A stretch of 64,000 nucleotides of DNA. Origin: an uncultured Gammaproteobacteria bacterium. GTDB taxonomy: Bacteria > Cyanobacteriota > Vampirovibrionia > LMEP-6097. Of this stretch, positions 55,179 through 64,000 are shown piece after piece. The notes below the pieces were generated by a model. It was not told where the DNA came from. It was given only the letters and a program-made list of their open reading frames with translations, and made no database searches. The stretch lies in NCBI GenBank assembly GCA_964517685.1, contig CAZFCF010000001.1, positions 153,458 through 217,457 on the forward strand. The letters run 5' to 3'. Position 1 is the first letter of the stretch. Each line of letters opens with the position of its first letter. Both the position numbers and the translations under genes were made by a program.

Positions 55179-57824
55179 GTGTCTTTTTTAGAACAATTAT
55201 CAAGATTTTCTATTTTAACGCGACCCACTTCAAAATTAGGCAAAGTTTTAAAAGAAGTTCATCCTTATTCATCATCTGATAAAAATAGCTACGATGAGAT
55301 TTTAAGAAGATTAGGTCCTGTATTTGATAGTTTAGACAAACTTTTTCAAAGGACTAGGAATGGATATGATGACAAAGAAATTATTGAATTATCAGCTAAA
55401 TATACATTTTTAAAAGAAAAATTAAATACGAAGAAAACACCTTTACCAGAGAAAAACAAATATCTTCTAGAATTCAAAAACCTGATTCATGGAACTAATA
55501 TATTGAATCAATTCTATGATTTACTTCAATCTGAAAAAGTACAAGCATTTAATATTAATCGACAACGTCATCCTACAATTCAACTCTTTTTTGATGGATT
55601 AAACTTTAAAGGAAAAAATTTACAGAATATTGTTTTTAGGAATGCAAAAATTATAGATTCTAATCTTTGTGAAATTGATTTAACAGATTCAGATTGTATT
55701 GAAACTGTATTTTCAAAATCAGCTCTATATAAATTAAATTTTACTGAATCTCAATTAAATTCAGCTACCTTTACGAAAGTAAATGGTTCCAATATTAACT
55801 TCACCGATTCAAATTTACCTAAAGCTAAATTTGAAAATTGTGAACTTTTTAAAGCTAATTTTTGTGGAGCAAATCTTAGTAATGTTGAAATAAAAGATTC
55901 TTCGCTTTATGAAGCAAACTTTAGTAAGGCAGACCTGAGTCAAGCTCAAATAAATAAATTAAAATCTCATAATTCAAATTTTGAAAGAGCAATTTTCAAG
56001 AATACCAATCTCTCTAACTCTTTTTTATTTGATGCAAATTTTAAAAATGCAGAATTAACATCAACTGAATTTAATAATGTTGATTTAACTGGTGCTGATT
56101 TTAGTGGAGCCAAACTTTTGAAAGTTAATTTCTATCACTGTAATCTCACGGGTGCAAATTTTAGGAACTGTGATCTTTACCGTATAACAAATCAACAGCT
56201 TGATCAAATTATAAATCCCCTATCTGTTCGTAATGTTAATTTTCAGGAGGGAATTAAATGGTTATTTAAAAATATTGATTCTAAAGAACTAAGTAATATT
56301 ACTACTCATAAAATAATTAGATTTTTAAATATAGACTCTAATTTAGTAAGCCGTATTGATCCAACATTGCTAAGTAAAATTAATACTATTAACCCAAAAG
56401 AATTTATTGCAAGATTATTTTTGATTTATGAAATAAATATTTTAATCGAGAGAGTTTACAGAGAAAATCATAAAACTTTGGATCAACTCTGCAGAGTTTT
56501 ATATAATTCATGTGGAAATAATCTTGATGATTTAATACTTGAAGGCAAGCTCTTAAGTAATCATCTTAGTTCAGGCAATGAAAGTATTTTAAGAGACTCT
56601 TTGGAATTGGTTTTTGATACTTTTGTTTTACCAAGATTAGAAAAGTTTTTAGATACAGCTGCAATTAAAAAGTTAAAGCAATGGCAAGTATCAAGCTTTA
56701 AAGAAAAATTAATGCCATATTTTATGATTGCAATTTCTCAAAATAGATTTTTTGATCCATCTTCTGATTATTCTAAGTTAAAAGGAGAAGTAGCTTCACT
56801 ACCAAAGAGTGCAAATTATAAAATGCCGTCATTGTTACTTAATCTATCAAGGGGCATTCATCATCCTGTTATAGCTTATGATACAGCCGTAAGACATATA
56901 CTTCCTGAAGGCTCTTGGTATCCCATTTTAATTTCTGCAAATAATCAAGTTGAAATAACTTTGCCAAATACTGATAAAAAGTATTTAGTTAGAAATTTGA
57001 TCAATTACAAAGATTTTGATTACGAAACTTTTGTATTAGGTCATTGTATCGGTCGAGGTGTATTTTACGTTAACAAAGCAAAAGAAGGAGGACATCATTA
57101 TTTTTCTATTAGAGAAGCAGAAACTGGTATACCAATATCTACGGTGGAATTTGCTCTAAATGAGCGCTTACAATTACAAAAAATGCAACATAAAGGAAAA
57201 AATAATTTGCCACCAAGTGATGCTGCCAAAAAGATATTGGAAATATTTTTACGAGGTGTTAAAGACGGTACTTATCCTCTATCTTTAAAACAAACTGGTA
57301 AAGATTCCAGTGTTGAAAAATTATCTGTTTTTGAGAATGCAGTTGGTACTTTTTGTGATGATGATACTGAAGTCACAAAGAATCGTAGAATATTTGATAC
57401 AACTAATGTACACTCAGTTCAAGTAAGAGCTTGGATTAAATTAGCGCAACCTAAAAATGGCTATTTAATAAATCGACTACAAAATGGCGAAACTTATAAA
57501 TTGAATCCTGGTATTGGTACCACTAATAATTTAGGCGAAACAATTCAACTTGGTGGCTATAGAGCTAAGCCAGAAGGTATTCCTTATGATAACTATTTTA
57601 TACCTAACTCCTGTAGAGGGGATCTTAGTTTAGAATCTATTAATCCAAGAAAAGTGAATGATAAACGTTTGAGATTTTCACAATTTTCTGGAAATGATTT
57701 GGCTGAGATTGACAAAGGTATAGAAAGATTTTTTAATACCAAAGTTACAGATCAAATGAGTTTTGATGATCTAATAAAATCTACTATTATAGAAGTTGTG
57801 CAAACAGAAGAACCTCCTCTTTAA
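55179..57824 (+). CDS. pentapeptide-repeat protein, paralogue 1 (881 aa)
   Basis: A(D/N)LxxA(N/D)F repeats over residues ~150-340; conserved N-domain and ~540-aa C-domain shared with paralogue 2; GTG start. Confidence 0.7.
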   Translation: MSFLEQLSRFSILTRPTSKLGKVLKEVHPYSSSDKNSYDEILRRLGPVFDSLDKLFQRTRNGYDDKEIIELSAKYTFLKEKLNTKKTPLPEKNKYLLEFKNLIHGTNILNQFYDLLQSEKVQAFNINRQRHPTIQLFFDGLNFKGKNLQNIVFRNAKIIDSNLCEIDLTDSDCIETVFSKSALYKLNFTESQLNSATFTKVNGSNINFTDSNLPKAKFENCELFKANFCGANLSNVEIKDSSLYEANFSKADLSQAQINKLKSHNSNFERAIFKNTNLSNSFLFDANFKNAELTSTEFNNVDLTGADFSGAKLLKVNFYHCNLTGANFRNCDLYRITNQQLDQIINPLSVRNVNFQEGIKWLFKNIDSKELSNITTHKIIRFLNIDSNLVSRIDPTLLSKINTINPKEFIARLFLIYEINILIERVYRENHKTLDQLCRVLYNSCGNNLDDLILEGKLLSNHLSSGNESILRDSLELVFDTFVLPRLEKFLDTAAIKKLKQWQVSSFKEKLMPYFMIAISQNRFFDPSSDYSKLKGEVASLPKSANYKMPSLLLNLSRGIHHPVIAYDTAVRHILPEGSWYPILISANNQVEITLPNTDKKYLVRNLINYKDFDYETFVLGHCIGRGVFYVNKAKEGGHHYFSIREAETGIPISTVEFALNERLQLQKMQHKGKNNLPPSDAAKKILEIFLRGVKDGTYPLSLKQTGKDSSVEKLSVFENAVGTFCDDDTEVTKNRRIFDTTNVHSVQVRAWIKLAQPKNGYLINRLQNGETYKLNPGIGTTNNLGETIQLGGYRAKPEGIPYDNYFIPNSCRGDLSLESINPRKVNDKRLRFSQFSGNDLAEIDKGIERFFNTKVTDQMSFDDLIKSTIIEVVQTEEPPL

Positions 57825-57857
57825 TAAGTTCCTCTGGAGCGATACTCTTCCGTAAAT

Positions 57858-57978
57858 AATTTACTAGTCCCAATATGGGTCAATCTGCCATCGGCAGAGT
57901 CTTGAATTAATAAGGCAGTCTCGGTGTCTCTGATACCGCCAGCAGCTTTGATAGAAATATTTCTTTTGGAACCATATT
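57858..57978 (-). pseudogene. deoC 3' fragment (duplicate of 60877-61000)
   Basis: ~95% identical to internal C-terminal segment of deoC (KAAGGIRDTETALLIQDSADGRLTHIGTS). Confidence 0.75.
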
Positions 57979-57987
57979 ATTAAGTAA

Positions 57988-58012
57988 GCTTATAGGCTAC
58001 TTGCGATTTCTG
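57988..58012 (+). repeat. direct repeat of rnpB 3' end (GCTTATAGGCTACTTGCGATTTCTG)
   Basis: 17/17 match to rnpB ggcttataggctacttgc. Confidence 0.8.
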
Positions 58013-58023
58013 CCATTTAGGTA

Positions 58024-58056
58024 TTGACAAGTATTACCGCTTCGGATTAAGATAAT
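58024..58056 (+). promoter_or_regulatory. sigma70-like promoter, leaderless GTG start (paralogue 2)
   Basis: TTGACA-18 nt-TAAGATAAT then GTG 4 nt after. Confidence 0.5.
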
Positions 58057-58059
58057 CTG

Positions 58060-60849
58060 GTGGCGTTTTTAGAACGATTAGCTAATTTTTCTACTTTAAC
58101 TCAGCCTTCTACAAGGCTTGGAAAAATTCTTGCCGGAATTCATCCCTATTTGATACTTAAGAAAAAAAATGATTATAATGACATATTAAGAAAATTACAA
58201 CCCGTCTTTAATAGCTTGGATAGGCTTTTTCAAATAGGGCAAAGAAATTCTGATAATAAAGAGATTAGAGAATTATCATTAGAATATAGATCTTTAGGAC
58301 AACAATTACAATCTACGAAAGCAACTTTAGAACAAAAAAAGAATTATCTTTTAGAGTTCAAAAAATTAGTTTATAAAACTAATAGACTGAATCAATTTCA
58401 TGATTTACTTCAATCTGAGAATGTAAGAGTATTTAACGCTAACAGACAACTATATCCTACAATTCAAACTCTTTTTCATGGGTTAAACCTTAAAAGAAAA
58501 AATTTACAAAATATCGATTTTAGAAATACGAATATTGCGCAATCAAGTCTTTCTGAAATTGATTTAACAGATTCAGATTGTATAGGAATTAAATTTTCGG
58601 ATCTAGCTTTATATAAATTAAATTTCACGAATGCCCAATTAGATTCAGCTAGCTTTACAGAAGTAAAAGGTTCTAATATTGATTTCACTAATTCTCATTT
58701 ACCTGAAGCTAAATTCGAAAATTGTAAGCTCTTAAAAGCAAATTTTCATGAAGCAGATCTCAGTGAGGTCATAATAAAGAATTCCTCTTTCCAGGAAGCA
58801 GATTTTAGTGATGCAGAACTGATATCAACTAAGTTTAGAGACGTTGATTTAACTGGTGTTGATTTTAGTGGAACCAAACTTTTTAAAGTTGATTTCTTTG
58901 GAAGCAATCTTATGGGTGCAAATTTTAAAAATGCAGAATTAATGTCAACTGAGTTTGGAAGCGTTGATTTAACTGGTGCTGACTTTAAAGGAGCCAAGCT
59001 TTCTAACGCTGATTTTGATAGCAGCAATCTTATGGGTGCAGATTTTAGTAATTGTAATCTTCGCAATGTAAAAATCACAAGTCGGCAGCTTGAGCAGATT
59101 ATAAATCCTCTCTCTGCTAATAATGTTAATTTCAGGGAAGGAATCAAATGGTTATTTAAAAATATTGACTCTAAAGAATTAAGTAATCTTAGAGTTCATC
59201 AAGTAATTAGATTTTTAGATATTGACTTTTCTTTGATAAATAGTATTGATCCATCATTGCAAAGCAAAATTAATACAATTGATCCTAGAGAATTAATTGC
59301 AAGATTATATTTGATTTCTGAGACAGACATTTTTAGCAAGCATGTTTGCGCAGAAAATCATCAAGCTCGGAATCAACTCTGTAGAGTTTTATATAATTCA
59401 TGTGGAAATAATCTTGAGGATTTAATACATGAAGGTAAATTAGTTAATAGTGATCTTCGCTCAAATAATGCCAGTGATTTTAAAGACTCTTTGAACCTAG
59501 TTTTTGATACTTTTGTTTTACCAAGATTAGAAAAGTTTTTAGATACAACTGCAACTAAGGAGTTAAAGCAATGGCAGTTATCAAAATTTAGAGAAAAACT
59601 AATTCCATATTTGGTTATTGCAATTTCTCAAAATAGATTTTTTGATCCAAGCTCTGATTATTCTAAGCTAAAGGGGAAAGTAGCTTCACTACCTAAAAAT
59701 GCAAACTATAAAATGCCATCATTATTACTCAATATATCAAAAGGTATTCACAACCCTGTTGTCGCTTATGCTACAGCAGTAAGGCATATTAGTCCTGAAG
59801 GCTCATGGCATCCTATTTTAAATTCTGTGGCTAATCAAGTTGAAATCACTTTACCTAATAGTAATAGAAGATACTTAGTTAAAAATTTGATCAATTACAA
59901 AGATTTTGATTATGAATCTTCTGCATTAGGTCATTGCATCGGTCAAGGTGTACGTTACGTTAACAAAGCAAAGGGAGGTAAATACCATTATTTTTCTATA
60001 AGAGAAGCAGAAACGGGCAAGCCAGTATCTACCGTGGAGTTTGCTTTAGGACATGATGGTAGTCCTAGGGGTCCTTTTGAAGATCGTGATATTAGAGCCA
60101 GAAATAGTACTTCAATAGACAATCATTCTGATTATTTTTTACAACAAATCCAGCATAGAGGAAAAAGAAATTCGATACCAACTGCAGATGCCAAAGAGAT
60201 CCTGAAGATATTTTTACAAGGTGTCAAAGACGGTACTTATCCTATATCCTTAAAACCAATTGGTAAAGATTCTAGTACTGAAAAATTATCTGCTTTTGAA
60301 AATACTATTGGTACTTCTTTTGATGATACCGAAGTTATAAATAATCGTAAAATGTTTGATACAACTAATGTACATTCTATTCAAGCAAGAGCTTGGATTA
60401 AATTAGCGCAACCTAAAGACAGCCATTTAGAAAATCGACTACAGGATGGTGAAATTCAAGAATTAAACCCAGGTATTGGTGTCATTGACGAGGAAACTGG
60501 CGAAACAATTCAGCTTGGTGGCTATAGAGCCAAGCCAGAAGGTATTCCTTATGATAACTATTTTATACCTAACTCCTGTAGAGGAGATCTTAGTTTAGAA
60601 TCTATTAATCCAAGAAAAGTGAATGATAAACGTTTGAGATTTTCACAATTTTCTGGAAATGATTTGGCTGAGATTGACAAAGGTATAGAAAGATTTTTTA
60701 ATACCAAAGTTACAGATCAAATGAGTTTTGATGATCTAATAAAATCTACTATAGAAACTGTGCAAAAAGAAGAACTTCCGAAAAGAGATCTTGCGCACGG
60801 AGATCTTTTGATGATGGAGTTGGCTGCAATTATTGGGGATAATCAATAA
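58060..60849 (+). CDS. pentapeptide-repeat protein, paralogue 2 (929 aa, longer repeat tract)
   Basis: ~60% identity to paralogue 1 in N-domain, near-identical in last ~100 aa; extra pentapeptide units. Confidence 0.7.
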   Translation: MAFLERLANFSTLTQPSTRLGKILAGIHPYLILKKKNDYNDILRKLQPVFNSLDRLFQIGQRNSDNKEIRELSLEYRSLGQQLQSTKATLEQKKNYLLEFKKLVYKTNRLNQFHDLLQSENVRVFNANRQLYPTIQTLFHGLNLKRKNLQNIDFRNTNIAQSSLSEIDLTDSDCIGIKFSDLALYKLNFTNAQLDSASFTEVKGSNIDFTNSHLPEAKFENCKLLKANFHEADLSEVIIKNSSFQEADFSDAELISTKFRDVDLTGVDFSGTKLFKVDFFGSNLMGANFKNAELMSTEFGSVDLTGADFKGAKLSNADFDSSNLMGADFSNCNLRNVKITSRQLEQIINPLSANNVNFREGIKWLFKNIDSKELSNLRVHQVIRFLDIDFSLINSIDPSLQSKINTIDPRELIARLYLISETDIFSKHVCAENHQARNQLCRVLYNSCGNNLEDLIHEGKLVNSDLRSNNASDFKDSLNLVFDTFVLPRLEKFLDTTATKELKQWQLSKFREKLIPYLVIAISQNRFFDPSSDYSKLKGKVASLPKNANYKMPSLLLNISKGIHNPVVAYATAVRHISPEGSWHPILNSVANQVEITLPNSNRRYLVKNLINYKDFDYESSALGHCIGQGVRYVNKAKGGKYHYFSIREAETGKPVSTVEFALGHDGSPRGPFEDRDIRARNSTSIDNHSDYFLQQIQHRGKRNSIPTADAKEILKIFLQGVKDGTYPISLKPIGKDSSTEKLSAFENTIGTSFDDTEVINNRKMFDTTNVHSIQARAWIKLAQPKDSHLENRLQDGEIQELNPGIGVIDEETGETIQLGGYRAKPEGIPYDNYFIPNSCRGDLSLESINPRKVNDKRLRFSQFSGNDLAEIDKGIERFFNTKVTDQMSFDDLIKSTIETVQKEELPKRDLAHGDLLMMELAAIIGDNQ

Positions 60850-61712
60850 GTATTTTTACTTTCCGGCTCAGTAAACAATTTACTAGTCCCAATATGGGTC
60901 AATCTGCCATCGGCAGAGTCTTGAATTAATAAGGCAGTCTCAGTATCTCTGATACCGCCAGCAGCTTTGATAGAAATATTTCTCTTTGGATCATATTTGT
61001 TTAGTAGCTTTGCAATTAAGGAAATCAAGTTAGGTGAACTTGTTTTCAAAACCACTCCTGATTCCTCTTTGCTGCCTATATAACCAGTTGAGTTTTTATA
61101 AGCAAATTTTATTCTAGCTACTACATCAGGGTTACTTTCATAAAATCTTGCAACAACATCACTAAATATTTTTGCAGTTCTTTCAATTTCTTCGTCATTT
61201 AAAATTTCACAAGAAAAAATTGGTTTCATCCAAAATTTTTCTTCCGGGCGCTCTAATGAGAATTTATATAAGGTTTCAATTAAGCCTTGCAATTCTTTTT
61301 GTAAATTATCAAGATCACTAATTTTCATTACTGGATCAAGTTCTATAGCGCCGTCTCCAAGAGCATTAGCGGCTTCTACCTTCTTAGCTTCAAGGCTAAA
61401 ATTTCCTATTGAGGATTTTATTTTTTCTAAATTGTTAGCATCAGTTATTTCATATTTATTTTCAAGGAAACCAATTACGGCTGAAAGTCTGTAGTGTTGA
61501 TTTAGATTCATCAATTCTTTTACTTTAGATGGACGTATACATGCAGAATGTAAATCTTTATCTAAAACTGTATCTGCTAGAGTTTTTAGTTCTGCCAAAC
61601 TAGCGCTAGGATTTAAATTTGTTAAATCGATTAAATTATCAACTGTGCTTTCCATAATATCTATTAGTAACTGGATTGCCACGCCCATTCCATGGGCTCG
61701 CAATGACGGCAC
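60843..61712 (-). CDS. deoC: deoxyribose-phosphate aldolase
   Basis: C-terminal IKAAGGIRDTETALL..RLTHIGTSKLF matches DeoC KASGGIRT..RIGTS; N-terminal 20 aa (MPSLRAHGMGVAIQ) are repeat-encoded, real start probably MESTVDNL. Confidence 0.65.
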   Translation of the reverse strand: MPSLRAHGMGVAIQLLIDIMESTVDNLIDLTNLNPSASLAELKTLADTVLDKDLHSACIRPSKVKELMNLNQHYRLSAVIGFLENKYEITDANNLEKIKSSIGNFSLEAKKVEAANALGDGAIELDPVMKISDLDNLQKELQGLIETLYKFSLERPEEKFWMKPIFSCEILNDEEIERTAKIFSDVVARFYESNPDVVARIKFAYKNSTGYIGSKEESGVVLKTSSPNLISLIAKLLNKYDPKRNISIKAAGGIRDTETALLIQDSADGRLTHIGTSKLFTEPESKNTY

Positions 61713-61746
61713 CTGTTCTTAACTTGCACCCATACAGCAATGACGC
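61673..61746. repeat. palindromic repeat (GGATTGCCACG..GGGCTCGCAATGACGG..CAGCAATGACGC)
   Basis: module composition as above. Confidence 0.8.
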
Positions 61747-61747
61747 A

Positions 61748-62011
61748 CTAATCCTCACTGAACCTTTCCTTAATTGCCTCTTTCAGCTCTTCATCTTGCA
61801 CTACAATAAAAAAATTCATTATGCCGTTCCCGGTATAACCGATGGCTTTGTAACCAGCGTCAGTGTCTCTAACTAGACGAATAGTACCTGGACTGTATCT
61901 GTGTCTAGCACACTCGCAAATGCCTAAAACTAATTTAATGCCTTGTTTCTCTAACCATGAGAAGTTTTTTTTGAGTTCCTTGGGAACTGATTTATGTTTA
62001 GCTCGTACCAT
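61748..62011 (-). CDS. small hypothetical protein
   Basis: 87-aa ORF with CxC..H pattern. Confidence 0.35.
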   Translation of the reverse strand: MVRAKHKSVPKELKKNFSWLEKQGIKLVLGICECARHRYSPGTIRLVRDTDAGYKAIGYTGNGIMNFFIVVQDEELKEAIKERFSED

Positions 62012-62084
62012 TTGTTCATAATTAGCGCTAGCTTAAATTATATTAACAAATAAAATCTCCTAAGCCTCGTTAAAATAAAAGGAT

Positions 62085-64000
62085 ATGGCGGAAACTAAGG
62101 CTCCAATGACGCTGGCAGAGCCAAAACATATAGCTCTTCATTTACATACGGAATTCTCGCTGCTTGATGGTGCAAGTAGGGTAGAGGACCTTTGCAAAAA
62201 AGCTAAGGCTTCGGGAATGCCGGGTCTGGCGATTACAGATCACGGCACTATGTTTGGTGCTTATAAGTTTTATCACGAGGCTGTGAAGGCAGGACTTAAA
62301 CCTATAGTTGGTTGTGAAGTTTATGTAGTAAATAACGATCACACCCTAAAAGGCAAAGAGCATAAATATAAGCTTTATCATTTGGTCTTACTTGCAAAGA
62401 ACGACCAAGGCTACAAAAATCTAATCAAGATCGTTTCAGAATCTTGCATTAATGGTTTCTATTACAAACCCAGAATCTCGAAAGAATATTTAAAACAATA
62501 CTCTGGTGATTTGGTTGCACTTTCAGCTTGCCTTGGTGGTGAGGTGAATAATCTTGCTTTGAATAATAGTTACGAAGATGCGCGTGATGCAGCTCAAGGT
62601 TATAAAGAAATTTTTGCTGAGGATTTCTATTTAGAAATCATGGATCATTATTATCCAGAAGATCGTAAGGTTAACCCTGTAATCTTGAGGATCGCAAAGG
62701 AGCTTGGTATCAAGGTTGTAGCCACTAATGATAGTCACTACACAAATATAGATGATGCTAATTCACATGATGCACTTCTGTGTTTGCAAACTCAAAAATA
62801 CATCTCGGATATGAAGCGCATGAAATTTTCTTCGCATGAATTTCTCAAGACTGAAGAAGACATGTTTGAGCTTTTCAAAGATCATGTTGACGAAACAGAA
62901 ATTCGCAAAGCCATCTTGGATAATCCAACGGAAATCTATAATAAAATTTCTGATTACCAACTGCTCAGTAAGCCAGGTATGCATATGCCTGATCCGCATA
63001 TTCCAGAAGGACATACTTTTGAAACTTACTTGAAAGAAGTTAGTTATGAAGGCGCGAGAAAGCGCTTTGGTGAATTAACCCCGACAATTATTGAGCGTTT
63101 GGATTTTGAACTTACAGTAATGAATGATTCAGGCTTTGCTTCTTACTTCTTGGTTGTCTGGGATTTTATAGATTGGGCGCGTAAAAATAGTATTCCTGTG
63201 GGACCTGGAAGAGGCTCTGCTGCTGGATCTCTGGTGGCTTACTGCCTGGGAATTACTAATATAGATCCACTGAAGTATGATTTGCTTTTTGAAAGATTCT
63301 TGAATCCAGAGCGTAAGTCAATGCCCGATATTGATACGGATTTTTGTATTGAGAGACGTGAGGAAGTTATTAATTATGTCCGCGAGAAATATGGTAACGA
63401 TAGCGTTTGCCAGATTATCACTTTTAATAGACTTACATCTAAAGCAGTAATCAAGGACATGGCAAGGGTTCTAGAGTATCCCTATGCTAAAGCCGAGGAA
63501 CTGGCTAAATTAATTCCTGTAGTTCGTGGTAAACCTAGATCAATTTCTTGGATGCTTGAGAACCATGATGAATTTGCAAAGAAATACAAAGGTGATCCAG
63601 AGGCTAAGGAAGTAATTAATCTTGCACTGAAGAACGAAGGTTTGAATAAGAATTTCGGTGTGCATGCTGCCGGCGTAATTATTGCAGACCAGCCTATAGA
63701 CCAGCTTGTACCAATATCTAAAAGTAATGATGGCAATATCATCACTCAGTTCTCTATGGATGAATGCGCGTCTATGGGTCTACTCAAGATGGACTTTTTG
63801 GGCTTGCGTAACTTAACGATGATCAAGAAAGCTATCGATATCATTGAAATTAATTCTGCGCCAGGTACTCCAAGGATAGACATAGATTCGATTTCACTGG
63901 ATGATGAAAAAACTTATGACATGATTTGCTCTGGTAATTTAGCTGGAATATTTCAGTTAGAGACTTCTGCTGGTATGAAGCAGATAGCAAGAGATCTTGC
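62085..64000 (+). CDS. dnaE: DNA polymerase III alpha subunit, N-terminal part (runs off window)
   Basis: PHP domain HLHTEFSLLDGA, ITDHGTMFG; open to the end of window in this frame. Confidence 0.9.
   Translation, partial: MAETKAPMTLAEPKHIALHLHTEFSLLDGASRVEDLCKKAKASGMPGLAITDHGTMFGAYKFYHEAVKAGLKPIVGCEVYVVNNDHTLKGKEHKYKLYHLVLLAKNDQGYKNLIKIVSESCINGFYYKPRISKEYLKQYSGDLVALSACLGGEVNNLALNNSYEDARDAAQGYKEIFAEDFYLEIMDHYYPEDRKVNPVILRIAKELGIKVVATNDSHYTNIDDANSHDALLCLQTQKYISDMKRMKFSSHEFLKTEEDMFELFKDHVDETEIRKAILDNPTEIYNKISDYQLLSKPGMHMPDPHIPEGHTFETYLKEVSYEGARKRFGELTPTIIERLDFELTVMNDSGFASYFLVVWDFIDWARKNSIPVGPGRGSAAGSLVAYCLGITNIDPLKYDLLFERFLNPERKSMPDIDTDFCIERREEVINYVREKYGNDSVCQIITFNRLTSKAVIKDMARVLEYPYAKAEELAKLIPVVRGKPRSISWMLENHDEFAKKYKGDPEAKEVINLALKNEGLNKNFGVHAAGVIIADQPIDQLVPISKSNDGNIITQFSMDECASMGLLKMDFLGLRNLTMIKKAIDIIEINSAPGTPRIDIDSISLDDEKTYDMICSGNLAGIFQLETSAGMKQIARDL

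Noticed and set aside
2545-61746. Possibility that the mini-repeats form a CRISPR array
   Set aside because: Copies are dispersed over 60 kb with irregular spacing, variable module composition and no cas genes; this is not CRISPR architecture.

Overview
This 64-kb window is AT-rich (roughly one-third GC by eye) and comes from a Gram-negative, LPS-producing bacterium. Genes consistently lack Shine-Dalgarno sequences, which together with other cyanobacteria-like signals suggests a Bacteroidota- or Cyanobacteria/Melainabacteria-like lineage, but I cannot identify the taxon.

Housekeeping genes present: gap, hisZ-hisG(short form), serS, rsmE, nrnA, mazG, argF, thyX, lpxC, lptF/G, trmL, deoC, the 5' part of dnaE, RNase P RNA (rnpB) and a CAU-anticodon tRNA.

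Accessory content is dense:
- (i) A partial type IV secretion locus (VirB2?-VirB3/B4 fusion-VirB5/8?-VirB6) with no VirB7-11 or VirD4.
- (ii) At least seven large (590-1130 aa) hydrophilic orphan proteins, including three in a row each with its own transcription signals and small acidic partners.
- (iii) An AbiEi/AbiEii pair, a DinJ/YafQ-like pair, a lone MNT nucleotidyltransferase and a full-length T4 Rnl2-type RNA ligase.
- (iv) A G1P-dehydrogenase-like plus LicC-like cytidylyltransferase gene pair that is translationally coupled.
- (v) Two tandem paralogous pentapeptide-repeat proteins sitting directly 3' of rnpB, each preceded by a direct repeat of the rnpB 3' end and a conserved leaderless GTG promoter.

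The most striking sequence-level feature is an abundant, modular family of short palindromic repeats (about 17 copies here). They are built from modules GTCATTGCGAGG, CGAAGCAATCC/GGATTGCTTCG, CGTGGCAATCC/GGATTGCCACG, CCTCAGGATGAC and TTGCGCAGGGGGATTGCTTC. Copies sit at almost every gene end and are also inserted in-frame inside at least five CDSs (radical SAM, LicC-like, two hypotheticals, serS C-terminus), supplying stop codons or N-terminal extensions. This is RPE-like behaviour.

A second family is a ~170-bp structured core inserted into two different pre-existing palindromes, with an internal compensatory base change between copies.

A 3'-end duplication of the tRNA and the tandem rnpB 3'-end repeats both point to serial integration or duplication at RNA-gene ends.
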